DNA of 64,000 bases from Cyanobacteria bacterium P01_A01_bin.123. Lineage in GTDB: Bacteria; Cyanobacteriota; Cyanobacteriia; Phormidesmidales; Phormidesmidaceae. Below, piece by piece: positions 29,301-41,494 of the stretch; the first letter of the stretch is position 1, and every line of letters starts with the position of its first letter. Below the pieces are notes generated by a model that saw only the letters and a program-made list of their open reading frames with translations, was not told where the DNA came from and did no database searches. Where the stretch lies: NCBI GenBank assembly GCA_039815185.1, contig JBCBZT010000016.1, forward strand, positions 64,001 through 128,000, written 5' to 3'. Made by a program: the position numbers and the translations under genes.

Positions 29301-29758
29301 TATTTCTGATCTCCTGGAGTCGTTTGGATGGTAAGGATTTCAGGCTGCTGTGCCTGATGAGGATGCTCAGGCCCAGCATAGACCTTCAATTTAGTAAATA
29401 ACTTCCGGCCCAAGCTGTTCTTCGGCAACATCCCTTTCACCGCTTTTTCAATGATTCGCTCTGGAATGCGGGCCTGAAGCTGATCAAAGGTTTCCATTTT
29501 CATCCCGCCTGGACGACCAGAGTGACGACGATAAAGCTTGTCTGACCGCTTGCGACCGGTGACATCCACCTTCTCAGCATTGATGACGATCACAAAATCA
29601 CCCGTATCCATATGGGGCATGTAGGTCGGTTTGTTTTTACCCCGTAGGATCATAGCAATTTGGGTTGCCAATCTTCCCAATCTCTGGTCGGCCGCGTCAA
29701 CCACATACCAGTTGCGCTCAAGGGTAGATTCTGAAGGAACAAATGTCTTGCTAGTCAT
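29300..29758 (-). CDS. rplM: 50S ribosomal protein L13
   Basis: WYVVDA..LGRLA..GKNKP..AVKGMLP. Confidence 0.97.
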   Translation of the reverse strand: MTSKTFVPSESTLERNWYVVDAADQRLGRLATQIAMILRGKNKPTYMPHMDTGDFVIVINAEKVDVTGRKRSDKLYRRHSGRPGGMKMETFDQLQARIPERIIEKAVKGMLPKNSLGRKLFTKLKVYAGPEHPHQAQQPEILTIQTTPGDQK

Positions 29759-29832
29759 GGCTCTATAAACACATTTCTGAGAATAAAAGGCTACTGAAAG
29801 TTAAAGATTGAGACACAGCGAAGTAAACGTGA

Positions 29833-30738
29833 CTAAACGGCTAGAGAAGGTTGAGGTGAAAATGTCAACTGCGGTTGGTTGTCGTACCAAACTTTAGGGG
29901 GAAACGGAAAATCAGCGTAGCCAACCCGCAACAGACATAATCCTTGTGCCGGAGCCGAATATTTCACCTGATCACGGCAACGTTGTTGCCAAAGCTGGGT
30001 AAAGGCTTCAGGGGATCGCTTACCACACCCCACCTGCACCAAAAGCCCCATAATTAAGCGCACCATACCGTACAAAAAACCGCTGGATTGAAGCTCAACA
30101 TACAAGAGGGTGCCTCGTCGATAACATTCAGCCGCCTGAACCTCTACCCAAGAGTGGGCTCGTTTAGAGCCGGCCCGGTGAAAAGCTGTCAAATCATGTT
30201 GACCAACCAGTGGATCGAGTGCTGCCTGAATGCGTTCTTCATCCAAGGGCTGATAGTAATAATGCCAAGCAAACGGCCCCACAAATAAGTTAGGCAGTGC
30301 ATCCGTGTAAAGCGTGTAGCGATAGCGTCGCCAAAGAGCCGAGTACTGGGCATGCCAATCATTACCTACCTGGGCAGATGCCCTAATCATGATGTCCTTA
30401 GGCAAACGATGATTAAGAATTGCGGCCCATCGATGAGCTGGGATCACTGCTGGAGCTTCAAAATGGGCTACTTGAGCCGCTGCATGAACGCCAGCGTCCG
30501 TTCGTCCTGCCCCATGTAGAGTTACGTGACCCCCTAACACAGACTCAATCGCTTGTTCAATCTCTGCTTGCACAGTACGTTGGTCGAGCTGCCGTTGCCA
30601 ACCATGAAACCGAGCACCCAGATACTGAATCACCAACGCAATCCGCTGGGACTGGCTCCACCGCCCCGTTTGCTCAGCCTTGAGCTGCTCTCCAATTGTT
30701 GATGAATGGCGCGGCATCTTCAACAGTCCATAACACAA
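29833..30738 (-). CDS. truA: tRNA pseudouridine(38-40) synthase; true start probably downstream of the ORF-track start
   Basis: FHGWQRQ, GAGRTDAGVHA, GFLYGMVR, APAQGLCL. Confidence 0.95.
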   Translation of the reverse strand: MCYGLLKMPRHSSTIGEQLKAEQTGRWSQSQRIALVIQYLGARFHGWQRQLDQRTVQAEIEQAIESVLGGHVTLHGAGRTDAGVHAAAQVAHFEAPAVIPAHRWAAILNHRLPKDIMIRASAQVGNDWHAQYSALWRRYRYTLYTDALPNLFVGPFAWHYYYQPLDEERIQAALDPLVGQHDLTAFHRAGSKRAHSWVEVQAAECYRRGTLLYVELQSSGFLYGMVRLIMGLLVQVGCGKRSPEAFTQLWQQRCRDQVKYSAPAQGLCLLRVGYADFPFPPKVWYDNQPQLTFSPQPSLAV

Positions 30739-30812
30739 TCAAATCTCGTCCATATCCAAATCCATGGTTTCCCCTTAAGGCTAAACAGCCAAGTCTCTAA
30801 ATCGGATATGGT

Positions 30813-31163
30813 TTAAGTCAACTCAACAATCGCCATCTCGGCATTGTCGCCCCGGCGACTAATGGTTCGCAAAACTCGGGTATATCCCCCGTTGCGATCA
30901 CCGTAGCGTTCCCCAGCCTGTTCAAATAAAGCATGAACAAGCTGTTTGTCGTACATGTAGCCCAGAGCTCGGCGACGGGCCGCGAGGGAACCATCCTTAG
31001 CCAGGGTAATCATGTGATCAGCTTCTGTACGCACTGCCTTGGCTCGGGCTTTTGTAGTAGTAATGCGACCATTGCGAATCAGCTCAGTGGTGAGCGATCG
31101 TAACAAAGCTTTGCGCTGGTCAGCAGGCTTGCTGAGTTTGGGGATACGACAACTATGGCGCAT
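30813..31163 (-). CDS. rplQ: 50S ribosomal protein L17
   Basis: MRH...ITTTKARAK...RNGGYTR...GDNAEMA. Confidence 0.97.
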   Translation of the reverse strand: MRHSCRIPKLSKPADQRKALLRSLTTELIRNGRITTTKARAKAVRTEADHMITLAKDGSLAARRRALGYMYDKQLVHALFEQAGERYGDRNGGYTRVLRTISRRGDNAEMAIVELT

Positions 31164-31275
31164 GGTTCTTTCTTAATCAGAATCAACTAAATATCAACAA
31201 CTTCGCAGAAAAAGGGGACTAAGCTTTGGAAAACCGTCCCCTTGAAGTTGATACCTCAAGAGGATCGAAGTGATC

Positions 31276-32223
31276 CTAAGATGACTTCGCTGGCTTCTCC
31301 AGCGGCAAGGTAATTCCCAACCGTTCCTGCAAAGCTTCAATCACTTCTTCAGCGGACTTTTGGCCAAAGTTCTTGATCTCCAGCAAGTCCTCTTGACTGT
31401 AGTCAAGCAAATCTGAAACAGAATTGATTTGGGCACGCTTGAGACAGTTGTAAGCCCGCACTGACAACTGCAACTCTTCGATGGGAATTTGATTAGTTGG
31501 ATCATCACTTTCTTTCTCCTCTTCTTGGGAGGGTTCAATGGTGATGTCCTTTAATGGATTGAACAAATCCACCAAAATAGCTGCAGCCTGACTCATGGCC
31601 TCCTGGGGCGTCAGGCTACCGTTAGTCCAAATATCCATGACTAAGCGGTCTTTACCCAAAGACCCGTCTACCATTGCATCTTCAACGGTATAGTTGACCT
31701 TACGCACGGGCATAAAAACTGCATCAATTTGCATGAAGTCCAAAGCCGCTGCATCATCATGGCTACGGTCAATGGCCCGATAGCCCCGGCCACGTTCAAC
31801 TTTAAATTCCATCTCAAGAGAATGCCCCTCAGCCACTGTCGCGACGTATTGCCCAGGGTTAATCAACTCCACATCAGCAGGCAAGTCAAAATCAGCCGCC
31901 ATCACCGTCGCTGGACCATGAACGATGGCTCGACCGATCTGAGGCTGATTAGCGTAGCTGCGCAGCACAACCTGCTTAACATTGAGCAGGATATCCAAAA
32001 CATCTTCTCGAACCCCAGGAATTGTGGAGAACTCGTGGGTTGCGCCCGCCAAGCGAATAGCCGTAATGGCAGTACCTTCAAGATTGGAGAGCAAAACCCG
32101 ACGCAGCGCGTTGCCTACCGTGCTTCCTTGACTCCGCTCTAGTGGCTCCAGCACAAATTGGCTGTACTGCCCAAAATCATCTTCAACAATTGACTCAACA
32201 CACTCAACCTGAAACTGTGCCAC
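31276..32223 (-). CDS. rpoA: RNA polymerase alpha subunit
   Basis: EPLERSQGSTVGNALRRVLLS, LSVRAYNCLKR, KNFGQKS. Confidence 0.97.
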   Translation of the reverse strand: MAQFQVECVESIVEDDFGQYSQFVLEPLERSQGSTVGNALRRVLLSNLEGTAITAIRLAGATHEFSTIPGVREDVLDILLNVKQVVLRSYANQPQIGRAIVHGPATVMAADFDLPADVELINPGQYVATVAEGHSLEMEFKVERGRGYRAIDRSHDDAAALDFMQIDAVFMPVRKVNYTVEDAMVDGSLGKDRLVMDIWTNGSLTPQEAMSQAAAILVDLFNPLKDITIEPSQEEEKESDDPTNQIPIEELQLSVRAYNCLKRAQINSVSDLLDYSQEDLLEIKNFGQKSAEEVIEALQERLGITLPLEKPAKSS

Positions 32224-32389
32224 AGCGTGACCTCCCTTCTCCTTGAAGCTGCTTGCAGACCCTTACCCAAACCCCTGCTCTAAATACCAAACAATATCTG
32301 GATTTCACTTAAAAGAGCTGATGAGTGAAACATGAACTAATCAACAGTTTTCTCACCATTTCAGGGGAGAACCCAAACATTATCGCCCT

Positions 32390-32782
32390 TTAAACCCGAC
32401 GACGCTTGGGAGGACGACAACCGTTGTGTGGAATCGGCGTCACGTCGCGAATCAGCGTGATCTCCAAGCCTGCGCCCTGAAGCGCACGAATAGCTGTTTC
32501 ACGCCCAGCCCCAGGACCGCTGACCATCACCTCAATCTGGCGCATGCCTTGGTCAATGGCGCGACGAGCTGCGCTGTCTGCGGCCGTCTGAGCCGCAAAT
32601 GGCGTCCCCTTTTTGGCACCTTTAAATCCACTAGAACCAGCGGAAGCCCAGGAAATAGCTTCACCGTTGGTATCTGTTATTGTCACAATGGTGTTGTTGA
32701 AAGTCGATTGAATGTGGGCAACACCACTGGGAACATTTCTCCGCTGCTTGCGGGCTCCTGATTTCTTAGTTGGTTTGGCCAT
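32390..32782 (-). CDS. rpsK: 30S ribosomal protein S11
   Basis: [35 protein letters not shown]. Confidence 0.97.
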   Translation of the reverse strand: MAKPTKKSGARKQRRNVPSGVAHIQSTFNNTIVTITDTNGEAISWASAGSSGFKGAKKGTPFAAQTAADSAARRAIDQGMRQIEVMVSGPGAGRETAIRALQGAGLEITLIRDVTPIPHNGCRPPKRRRV

Positions 32783-32976
32783 AACCCCAATTTGAAGCTT
32801 CGATACTGGAAAAAATAAACATAATTAACTAGGCAAGCTCAGGACGTTACAGAGAGCACCACTAAAGACCATCAAGCTAAAGTCTGAGGCGATCGCAAGA
32901 TCGAAATCAACCGCCAAAGAAAACGACAGTGAGGCATGCCAACAAGGCAGTGTCTCTCACCCACCCCTGTATAGCC

Positions 32977-33351
32977 TTACTTCGCCTTTTTCTTACCGGC
33001 AACAGTACGACGAACGCCCCGTCGAGTTCTAGCATTGGTCCGAGTCCGCTGTCCTCGAACGGGCAACCCTGCCCTGTGCCTTCTTCCCCGATAGGAACCA
33101 ATGTCCATCAAACGCTTGATGTTCATCGTTTCCCAGCGTCTCAAATCCCCTTCGATCTGATACGCATTTTCAACAACTTCTCGAAGCTTTGAGACATCCG
33201 CATCGCTCAAATCTCTAACCCGAATGTCTGCATCGACACCCGTCGTGGATAAAATCTCTTTTGAGCGACTTAGCCCAATGCCATAAATATAGGTTAGACC
33301 AATCTCAACGCGCTTATCCCTTGGCAGGTCAACGCCAGCTATCCGTGCCAC
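32977..33351 (-). CDS. rpsM: 30S ribosomal protein S13
   Basis: ARIAGVDLP...YIYGIG...[15 protein letters not shown]. Confidence 0.97.
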   Translation of the reverse strand: MARIAGVDLPRDKRVEIGLTYIYGIGLSRSKEILSTTGVDADIRVRDLSDADVSKLREVVENAYQIEGDLRRWETMNIKRLMDIGSYRGRRHRAGLPVRGQRTRTNARTRRGVRRTVAGKKKAK

Positions 33352-33490
33352 AAACTACCTCTCCCAATGCTGATATAAACCGCTGCACACTTACCTAAAA
33401 CTTGACAAAACCCTTACCTGTTGAAACAGGGTATGGAAGCTTTTGGCATAACCCCCAATAGATCTCTATCATTCTGTGAAAATCACAGCT

Positions 33491-33604
33491 CTATCCTTGG
33501 CGCTGCTTATGCTTGGGGTTCGAACAAATTACCATCACCCGTCCTCTACGACGGATAACCCGACACTTATCACACATCCTACGAACCGACGCACGGACTT
33601 TCAT
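33491..33604 (-). CDS. rpmJ: 50S ribosomal protein L36
   Basis: Below the ORF-track cutoff; manual translation [37 protein letters not shown]. Confidence 0.97.
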   Translation of the reverse strand: MKVRASVRRMCDKCRVIRRRGRVMVICSNPKHKQRQG

Positions 33605-33638
33605 GTCCCAATCACTTGTATTGCACTACAGAATGACT

Positions 33639-33668
33639 ATCCTACCCAAAATTGAGCAAGATAGTCAA
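33639..33668 (-). promoter_or_regulatory. Sigma70-type promoter for the rpmJ-rpsM-rpsK-rpoA block
   Basis: Minus strand TTGACT-N18-TAGGAT, with an AT-rich tract just upstream. Confidence 0.55.
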
Positions 33669-33943
33669 ATTATTTTTTAAATTTAGTCTCTAGGCTAGTT
33701 TTAGCTCGATAGCTTCTCCCAAGAAGCAACCATAAATCAAAATCAAGTCCGATTAAGGGTTGTCCCGATCTACAGGTAGCCTTTTTAGCCCGGAAGGATT
33801 CTAGCCCCAGTGGTAGCCAAACTACCACCCGGCATTGAAGAGCAATGGACAAAAGCTTGTCTGAGCCTAGTGTTCAAAGAATCGCTGTTTAGACAGCCAG
33901 CAATTTTTGCATTTGGGGAGGGTGAAGAATTTTAAGGCTATGA

Positions 33944-34345
33944 TTAAGACCCCCGTCTTAGCGCAGCTTCTACCTGCTTAAATTCTTGTTGCAGTCGGGT
34001 TTTAAGTTTGTCCGGAACAGGACGATTCGGATATGAACTGTAGTGCCCAGCTAAAGCATTGAGTGCCGTTCGCATCGTCGTAAAAGAACTTAAGTTAGCC
34101 ACTGAGTTATCACGCCGATAACGAGACGCAAACTGGCTAATCTGCTGCCTAGCTTCTGCTTCAGCACCAGATTTACTCAGATCGCCCTCTGGCAGTTCAA
34201 TCGCAGCACGTAGGCTGGTTAACAGCGTCATCGTGTCCTGCTGATAATTCCCAGTTAAACTACCGCTTGAACTTGCACCGCAGCCAGTCAAACCAATAAC
34301 AGCTACTAGAGTAAAGGCAAGCAAACGGGACAATATTTTTCTCAT
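33944..34345 (-). CDS. psb27: Photosystem II assembly lipoprotein Psb27
   Basis: Lipobox LTGC, LTGNY..DT, SFTTMRTALNALAGHYSSYPNRPVP; start at ATG 34345. Confidence 0.93.
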   Translation of the reverse strand: MRKILSRLLAFTLVAVIGLTGCGASSSGSLTGNYQQDTMTLLTSLRAAIELPEGDLSKSGAEAEARQQISQFASRYRRDNSVANLSSFTTMRTALNALAGHYSSYPNRPVPDKLKTRLQQEFKQVEAALRRGS

Positions 34346-34496
34346 AGGTGCTTGAAAACGCAGTGATGAACGTGAAAGTAAAGAGGTGGATAGCAATACA
34401 GCTATCCGATTAATCTATTCCATCCTAGCTTGAGTCGTGCACCCAGAAAATGGCTGCATTAGCTCTTAAATGGGTTCAGTGAAGTTTAGCCTCTCA

Positions 34497-36377
34497 CTAA
34501 GCTGGGTAAATTCGTAAGCGTCGGTTCGGTTCGTCGCCAAAGCTAGATGACTTGAGGCGATAATGTTCGGCAAGTTCATGCTGCATCTTTCTGACCTTGG
34601 CAGAGCGCGGCAAAAGCTCTACGGGTTGACCTTTAGGAATGACGATTTGTTCGACAGCCAAACGCGCTTCCTCCAATGCCTCTAGCTCATCATCATCGCC
34701 ACTCTGCGAGAAAAGCTCCAAATTAACTGAGGAAGGGGTTAGGCTACCCTCTTCCATGTCTAGGAATCGCTGTAATCCGCGCACAATTTGGGGCATGCTG
34801 TTTGACTTAACCGTCTGAATTGGGATTTGACGGGCTTTGGCGATGTGTCGAAGTTTAGAGTGGGTTTTAACTTGGGAGCGTAGGGCTAGAATCACATCTG
34901 CAGTATCCAGGTCTTTGGTCAACATAACAGGCAGAGATAAAGTCTGAATAGCCTGCTCCAATTGGTGTCGGCTAATCCCATAGGGATAGACTTGAACAAT
35001 ATCTTCTCCATCTGGCCCTAACCAGGCTTCATCTTCCACCGAAGCATCAAACTCATCCGCTACTCTCACCAAGTCAGCAGTTGGGGGTGATAGCGACTGG
35101 TCTAGCAGCTGTTGGAAATGAACTTGTTCAACAGTTCGAGGTGGGCTGTCTGCCAAGGGACGACGGGATAAGGTTCGCTGGGGTGGCTTGCCTGCCAGGG
35201 GCACCATATGTCCTGAGGAACGCCAGCTTCCGGCTGACGTTGAACGACCAGAAGCTGAACCCCCGCCATATTGACTGGACAGCTCGTGGGTAATCTTAAC
35301 TTTGCCGTTGTCCCCCATGGTTCGGATTTGGGGAGTCGGTTGGCGGCCTCGAAGTAAGCTATCTACTGTATCAGACACGCTTTCGTGAACAACCCAGCGC
35401 TGGCGTTCAAGCATTTCAATGGCGATGTCAAAGGTTGGTGGTGCTTTTCGTTCTAAGACACTCTTTTGACTACCGCGTCGCCGGGCTTCATCATCACCCA
35501 GGGTAACTGACTGGATACCGCCGACGAGATCTGAGAGGGTGGGATTTTTAATTAGATTTTCGATGCGATTGCCATGGGCTGTGCCCACCAATTGAACGCC
35601 TCGCTCTGCGATGGTACGAGCAGCTAGGGCCTCAAGTTCAGTGCCAATTTCATCGATAACGATAACCTCCGGCATGTGGTTTTCTACAGCTTCGATCATC
35701 ACCTTATGCTGCAACTCAGGTTGGGCGACTTGCATCCGTCGAGCCCGGCCAATGGCCGGGTGGGGAATATCACCATCTCCTGCAATCTCATTCGACGTAT
35801 CGATGATCACCACACGCTTTTGCAAATCGTCGGCTAAAACCCGAGCGATTTCCCGTAAAGCAGTGGTTTTGCCTACTCCTGGACGACCCAGTAGCAAGAT
35901 GGATTGCCCGGTTTCAATCAGGTCATGGATTAATCCGATGGTGCCAAAGACAGCTCGACCAACCCGACAGGTCAACCCAATGATGTCTCCAGCGCGATTC
36001 CGCATGGCACTGATGCGATGCAAGGTTTGCTCAATCCCGGCCCGATTATCGCTGCTAAAGTTACCCACGCGATCAATACAGTGGTGTAAGTCTGCCTGGG
36101 AGACTACGATTTCTGACAAGTACTCTGCCCCCGTAGGAAACCGGGCTTCGGGTTGCCGACCTAAATCCAGCACAATCTCAATCAGCGTTTGCCGTTGGGG
36201 ATGGGCATTGACTCGTTGCTGTAAATCAGCTGGGAGAATAGCAATCAGATGCTCTAAGTCGTCTGTGATTTGATGTCCTGGAAGTTTATCAGTTACTGCT
36301 GCTGGGGCTTCAGTAGGCAGGTTTTCTGGGGTAGAGGACTTGCGATTTTGGGCGTTATCGCCGTTGAGACTGACCAT
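34497..36377 (-). CDS. ycf45: Ycf45-like AAA ATPase with C-terminal R3H domain
   Basis: [30 protein letters not shown]. Confidence 0.88.
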   Translation of the reverse strand: MVSLNGDNAQNRKSSTPENLPTEAPAAVTDKLPGHQITDDLEHLIAILPADLQQRVNAHPQRQTLIEIVLDLGRQPEARFPTGAEYLSEIVVSQADLHHCIDRVGNFSSDNRAGIEQTLHRISAMRNRAGDIIGLTCRVGRAVFGTIGLIHDLIETGQSILLLGRPGVGKTTALREIARVLADDLQKRVVIIDTSNEIAGDGDIPHPAIGRARRMQVAQPELQHKVMIEAVENHMPEVIVIDEIGTELEALAARTIAERGVQLVGTAHGNRIENLIKNPTLSDLVGGIQSVTLGDDEARRRGSQKSVLERKAPPTFDIAIEMLERQRWVVHESVSDTVDSLLRGRQPTPQIRTMGDNGKVKITHELSSQYGGGSASGRSTSAGSWRSSGHMVPLAGKPPQRTLSRRPLADSPPRTVEQVHFQQLLDQSLSPPTADLVRVADEFDASVEDEAWLGPDGEDIVQVYPYGISRHQLEQAIQTLSLPVMLTKDLDTADVILALRSQVKTHSKLRHIAKARQIPIQTVKSNSMPQIVRGLQRFLDMEEGSLTPSSVNLELFSQSGDDDELEALEEARLAVEQIVIPKGQPVELLPRSAKVRKMQHELAEHYRLKSSSFGDEPNRRLRIYPA

Positions 36378-36464
36378 AGATTCAGAGGTGAGCTGAACTG
36401 AGTAGAGACCTTTGGAATCAAACGTTTAGAGAGTAGTGATTAGGTCATTGATATCGGCATAGGG

Positions 36465-37709
36465 CTAAGCGGTGGTAACAGATTTAGGACTCCCCTTTGA
36501 GCTGTCCTGTGGGTCGGCTCCTTTGATCTGATTGACCAGCAAAGATGCTTGTTCAATAGCTTGATGCAACTGAGTGAGATGGTGCTGCGCTAGGGGCAAA
36601 GTTTTTGGGGGCATTGGCTGTATTGTAGGAGAATCTGTGGAAATAGCCTTCTCAGAATCAGGATTTCGGATTGATATCTGTAGCGGTGAGAGTGATGAAG
36701 GGGTTAGAGTCGTTTGCTCTAAAATCGGCATGACTAGTTTTCTGGCATAGCTTCCATAGGCAATACCTGCGATCGCAGCAGTTTTATTGCCCCCTCTGGA
36801 TAGCGTTGTACTGCGCAAAAGACCTAGCTCAGCTAACTTGGATACTGTATGAAGATTGGTGCCACCAGCCAGCTGGACATATCCCGGTAGCCCTGCTTGT
36901 AAGACTTTCTGCCCTAATCGAATAGTTGCGTGAGTTGTTCCTCTGCCGATGTCACCACTCATGGGGCGGCCATCGGTTTGCCAAATCAGAGGGATAGGAA
37001 GGGGCCGGATCAGATCGTAAAGAGCCCAGAGGTAATCGATTAGTCCCGAACCATCAGGACAGCTAATCGCCACAAGCTTTAGTGAGTTAATCTGGGTGGC
37101 GAGAACCTGCCATAGGGCTCTAAAGTCGGCTTCGCGACCAACTTGAGTATGGATCTCGATTGCATCAACTGCTGGCAGCAGAGTAGGGGCGATCGCAGTT
37201 AAGCTGGCGCGATAGGACTGGGTTGAAATCTGTCCCACCGGACAAATCGGGATACAACGGCCGCAGCCATAACATCGATCGGCTAGAATTCCGGCAGTGC
37301 TGCTCTGATGGTCGTGGGTGGAGCGTGAATCAAATGTAATCGCCTCTGCTGGGCATACTGCTTCACAGGGCCGATGGCACTGACTTGGGCATGCCGTAGG
37401 GTTAAACATCGCCTTGCGAAAATGGGGATCTTCACCGTCGTTTAGGCTCACCATTAGCAGAGGACGCCCCGAATACTCGGATGACCTACCGATAGCTGAT
37501 CGCGAAATTGCTGCTGCCGCCTCTAACCCTGCTTGGGCCGCTCTAACAACGGCCGGATCAGCAGCTACATCGATACAGTCAGCCCCTGCAATGGCATAAA
37601 CCAAAGCCAAGTCACGAATGGCAGGAAGGTGTTGGTAGCTAGCACCGCAGATTAATTTGAACCAGCGACCTTCCTCAAGGGATGTCAGAAAAGAACAGTG
37701 TGTATTCAC
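36465..37709 (-). CDS. ldpA: Light-dependent period protein LdpA (4Fe-4S)
   Basis: WFKLICGAS, DGEDPHFRKA, CPSQCHRPCEAVCP, CYGCGRCIPICP, QTDGRPMSGDIG. Confidence 0.93.
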   Translation of the reverse strand: MNTHCSFLTSLEEGRWFKLICGASYQHLPAIRDLALVYAIAGADCIDVAADPAVVRAAQAGLEAAAAISRSAIGRSSEYSGRPLLMVSLNDGEDPHFRKAMFNPTACPSQCHRPCEAVCPAEAITFDSRSTHDHQSSTAGILADRCYGCGRCIPICPVGQISTQSYRASLTAIAPTLLPAVDAIEIHTQVGREADFRALWQVLATQINSLKLVAISCPDGSGLIDYLWALYDLIRPLPIPLIWQTDGRPMSGDIGRGTTHATIRLGQKVLQAGLPGYVQLAGGTNLHTVSKLAELGLLRSTTLSRGGNKTAAIAGIAYGSYARKLVMPILEQTTLTPSSLSPLQISIRNPDSEKAISTDSPTIQPMPPKTLPLAQHHLTQLHQAIEQASLLVNQIKGADPQDSSKGSPKSVTTA

Positions 37710-37809
37710 CCTTCTATGCTAACGGGTTCCAATTTAAATAACGAGGCTGAAACGGCTAAAAAGCAAGGGATTGACAAAAAACTCAAAGGAAAATCTAAAT
37801 CTACAGCGA

Positions 37810-38283
37810 TCAAGCTGCCAGCATTTGCTGCAAGGGTTGCCAGCTAAACACGCGATCGCCCCCAACCTCAACCACCACTTTGATACGAGTGTCGAGTTGA
37901 GGTAAGGCTGCCAAATACTGCAATTCTTGCTTGGAGAGAATCTGACCTTCAATCAACCAAATTAATAGCCCCTTAGCCTTAGGTTGGAGTGCATCCAGCC
38001 GAGTCCCCACCATCGGTGGGATATAGTGTCGATCACCCACTGCCGCCGATTGCCCCATATTTTTCTTGCCCAAATGGGGTGGACGTACCCCGTGAATTCC
38101 CATCAAATAAGCTGAGAGATCTCCAAGTCCTCTGGCAGTAATGTGCAAACACTCATAGCCTGCTGTCCGAATCCGGCGCTGATAGCGGCCTTCAAACCCG
38201 CCCTCCAAGGGAGCCTTAACCGCGATCGCGCCTGCGTCTTCAAGGGCTCGAATTAATCGCTTACCGGATGCTAGAAGTGCCAT
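37810..38283 (-). CDS. ndhN: NAD(P)H-quinone oxidoreductase subunit N
   Basis: PLEGGFEGRYQRR, ARGLGDLSAYL, HGVRPPHLGK; start at ATG 38283. Confidence 0.95.
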   Translation of the reverse strand: MALLASGKRLIRALEDAGAIAVKAPLEGGFEGRYQRRIRTAGYECLHITARGLGDLSAYLMGIHGVRPPHLGKKNMGQSAAVGDRHYIPPMVGTRLDALQPKAKGLLIWLIEGQILSKQELQYLAALPQLDTRIKVVVEVGGDRVFSWQPLQQMLAA

Positions 38284-38417
38284 AAGCCGCGTATTTTTTG
38301 GAACATTATCTACTACCACCTAAACATAATAAGGAGAAGTCTACCGAATTGGATCCTACATCTTAAATTGATAGGACGCTCCTCATTACCTTGCAAATCC
38401 TAGACAGGAAAAAATAC

Positions 38418-38446
38418 TGGACAAGCACAAGATACCTGTGTATGAT
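38418..38446 (+). promoter_or_regulatory. Sigma70-type promoter for the rplC operon
   Basis: TGGACA-N17-TATGAT. Confidence 0.6.
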
Positions 38447-38803
38447 GAATAATCGTCGCCAAAAAAGGATACTGAGTGGATTACCACTTAAGTCCTGGTG
38501 ATTCTTTAAGCATCGGCTTAGTTCTTTTAGGGTGATTATCCCCTAGACGCGTTTGGGTTTGAGAGACTGGCGTCTTGGACGATCGTTCATCCTTCTAAAA
38601 CTGAGGCTGTTAATGCTCAATTTCCTTGGGTATCTAAACTTGGTTATGTTGGCCTCTATGGCTGCTTCAAACGCCTGGTTTTGTCTACTACCTCTGGGAT
38701 TTGCTTTGTGCGCAAAGATAGATTCCTAGTGATTGAGGTGTTGGGCTGTTTTTGGCAGGCACTGCCTGCCATTTGTACTGTGTAAAAACGGAGAGATGTG
38801 GTT

Positions 38804-39439
38804 GTGTCTGTTGGTATTCTTGGCACCAAGCTTGGGATGACCCAAATCTTTGATGAAGCGGGTAATTCAGTTCCAGTGACGGTGGTTCAGGCCGGGCCCT
38901 GTTCCATTACACAAGTGAAGACAAAGCAAACGGATGGCTACTTTGCCGTACAGATTGGCTATGGCGAAGTGGCTGAGAAAGCATTGTCAAAGCCCGAGTT
39001 GGGTCATTTGTCGAAGGCAGGGGTTAGTCCTATGCGACACCTTCGGGAGTACCCCATTGGCGAAGCTGAAACCTTTGAACTGGGTCAGCAGCTAACGGCT
39101 GAAATTTTTGAATCGGGCCAACTGGTAGATGTAACTGGAACCAGCATCGGGCGAGGATTTGCAGGCTACCAAAAGCGGCACAATTTCCGACGGGGCCCTA
39201 TGGCTCACGGATCTAAGAATCACCGCTCGCCTGGTTCCACCGGAGCGGGCACAACTCCAGGGCGGATCTACCCTGGTAAAAAGATGGCAGGTCGAATGGG
39301 TGGAGAACGGGTGACAATCCGCAAGCTTAAAGTTGTTCGGGTAGATGCCGAGCGCAATTTACTGCTGATTAGAGGTGCAGTGCCTGGTAAGCCAGGGGGG
39401 GTAGTCAGTATTTCTCCTGCCAACATTGTTGGTCAGTAA
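38804..39439 (+). CDS. rplC: 50S ribosomal protein L3
   Basis: [30 protein letters not shown]. Confidence 0.97.
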   Translation: MSVGILGTKLGMTQIFDEAGNSVPVTVVQAGPCSITQVKTKQTDGYFAVQIGYGEVAEKALSKPELGHLSKAGVSPMRHLREYPIGEAETFELGQQLTAEIFESGQLVDVTGTSIGRGFAGYQKRHNFRRGPMAHGSKNHRSPGSTGAGTTPGRIYPGKKMAGRMGGERVTIRKLKVVRVDAERNLLLIRGAVPGKPGGVVSISPANIVGQ

Positions 39440-39532
39440 TTTATGCGTTGACAGGTGTGTTACTTGTGTCGATAGGTTGTTGTATCAATACCCTGGCTCA
39501 GGGGTTAGGCGACTGGAGGGGATAGGGAAGTT

Positions 39533-40165
39533 ATGGTTGAGTATATCGTTCGAGATTGGCAAGGGGATGAAGTTGGCAAAGCCGACTTGGATCTCAGGGT
39601 GGCAAAGGAAGAAAATGCTGCCCATATTGTTCATCGTGCCATGGTGCGTCAGATGAATAATGGACGACAAGGTACGGTGTCCACCAAAACTCGCACTGAA
39701 GTTAGGGGGGGAGGACGCAAACCTTGGCGTCAGAAAGGAACCGGTCGAGCTCGGGCGGGTAGCAGTCGGTCTCCCCTATGGAAGGGCGGTGGCGTAATTT
39801 TTGGCCCCAAACCTCGGGATTACTCAACCAAGATGAATCGCAAGGAGCGTCGTTTAGCCCTACGAACTGCGCTGCAGGGTAGGGCCGATCAAATGGTCGT
39901 GGTTGAAGATTTCGCAGCCCAGTTTTCCCGTCCCAAGACGAAAGAGTTGTTGGCTGCGATCGCCCGATGGGAAATCAATGCCAGTAGCAAGATTTTGATG
40001 ATTTTGCCTGAGCTCGAAGAAAACATTTACTTGTCGGCGCGCAACGTTGCCACGCTGAAGTTGATCGCCGCTACCAGCTTAAACGTTTATGACCTATTGG
40101 AAGCTGACTTTTTGGTGGTGACTGCATCAGCGCTTGAGAAGATTCAGGAGGTTTACAGTGACTAA
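39533..40165 (+). CDS. rplD: 50S ribosomal protein L4
   Basis: [20 protein letters not shown]. Confidence 0.97.
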   Translation: MVEYIVRDWQGDEVGKADLDLRVAKEENAAHIVHRAMVRQMNNGRQGTVSTKTRTEVRGGGRKPWRQKGTGRARAGSSRSPLWKGGGVIFGPKPRDYSTKMNRKERRLALRTALQGRADQMVVVEDFAAQFSRPKTKELLAAIARWEINASSKILMILPELEENIYLSARNVATLKLIAATSLNVYDLLEADFLVVTASALEKIQEVYSD

Positions 40166-40463
40166 GGTATATGACTCAGCAGCGCTAGCCGATGTTATAA
40201 GGCGGCCCCTAGTCACCGAAAAAGCAACCCTTTTGTTGGCAGATAACAAGTACACCTTTGAGGTCGTCCAAAAGGCAAGTAAGCCTGAGATCAAAGCGGC
40301 GGTCGAAATGCTCTTCAACGTCAAAGTCACTGGCGTCAATACCAGCAACCCACCGCGAAAAACGCGCCGTATGGGACGTTTTATGGGCTATAAGCCTCAA
40401 TATAAAAGGGCTGTGGTTACTTTGGCTCCGGGCGATACTATCACCCTGTTTCCCGATGTTTAG
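40158..40463 (+). CDS. rplW: 50S ribosomal protein L23
   Basis: [19 protein letters not shown] start 40158 with AGGAGG RBS. Confidence 0.96.
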   Translation: MTKVYDSAALADVIRRPLVTEKATLLLADNKYTFEVVQKASKPEIKAAVEMLFNVKVTGVNTSNPPRKTRRMGRFMGYKPQYKRAVVTLAPGDTITLFPDV

Positions 40464-40558
40464 AGCCGTTATTTAGAGCAGAGATGGGCTCTAAGCTCCA
40501 GCAAAGTTGAGTTATTTTGATTTGTTAGCAGTTCAGTTGTGCAGGCGAAGTTTGAGTC

Positions 40559-41422
40559 ATGGGTATCCGTTCATATCGGCCATACACTCCTGGAACTCGG
40601 GAACGAACAGTTTCTGAGTTCACCGAAATCACTCGAAGTGAACCCGAAAAATCCCTTACCCGATCGGTTCATCGGCCAAAGGGCCGAAACAATCGCGGGG
40701 TAATTACATGCCGTCATCGGGGTGGCGGCCACAAACGGCTTTACCGGATCATCGATTTCTATCGGAATAAGCACAATGTGCTGGCCAAAGTCGCCACCAT
40801 TGAATATGACCCTAACCGTAATGCTCGAATCGCTCTGCTTTATTACGAAGATGGAGAAAAACGGTATATTCTGCACCCGGCTAATTTAGCCGTGGGGGCA
40901 ACGGTAGTTTCTGGCCCTGATGCACCCTTAGAAATTGGCAATGCATTGCCCCTGTCCAATATTCCGCTGGGAACACAGGTTCATAACGTTGAGTTGTTAC
41001 CTGGTAAAGGCGGACAGATTGTACGGGCTGCAGGTACCTCAGCCCAGCTTGTAGCCAAAGATGGTAACTACGTTACTCTCAAGCTACCGTCCAGCGAAGT
41101 CCGCATGATCCGTCGTGAATGCTATGCCACCATCGGGCAGGTGGGAAACACCGATGCTCGTAATGTCACCCTGGGTAAAGCAGGCCGTAAGCGCTGGAGC
41201 GGTAGGCGTCCTGAGGTTAGGGGTAGCGTTATGAACCCGGTTGATCACCCCCACGGTGGAGGTGAAGGACGTGCGCCCATTGGTCGTAGTGGGCCGGTTA
41301 CGCCTTGGGGTAAACCTGCACTGGGTTACAAAACGCGTCGGAAGAAGAAGGCAAGCAGTGCCCTAATTGTTAGGCGTCGGCGTCGGTCGTCCAAGCGGGG
41401 TCGGGGAGGACGGAATGCGTAG
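40559..41422 (+). CDS. rplB: 50S ribosomal protein L2
   Basis: [19 protein letters not shown]. Confidence 0.97.
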   Translation: MGIRSYRPYTPGTRERTVSEFTEITRSEPEKSLTRSVHRPKGRNNRGVITCRHRGGGHKRLYRIIDFYRNKHNVLAKVATIEYDPNRNARIALLYYEDGEKRYILHPANLAVGATVVSGPDAPLEIGNALPLSNIPLGTQVHNVELLPGKGGQIVRAAGTSAQLVAKDGNYVTLKLPSSEVRMIRRECYATIGQVGNTDARNVTLGKAGRKRWSGRRPEVRGSVMNPVDHPHGGGEGRAPIGRSGPVTPWGKPALGYKTRRKKKASSALIVRRRRRSSKRGRGGRNA

Positions 41423-41494
41423 AGGGTCAGTTACCGTTCCCAACGGTGTTCTCTCGATCAACGCTATCAAACTTACTTCGTTGCTGTAACTATC

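Noticed and set aside
35611..36273. 220-aa ORF antisense to ycf45
   Set aside because: It mirrors the sense codons and has no recognisable motif.
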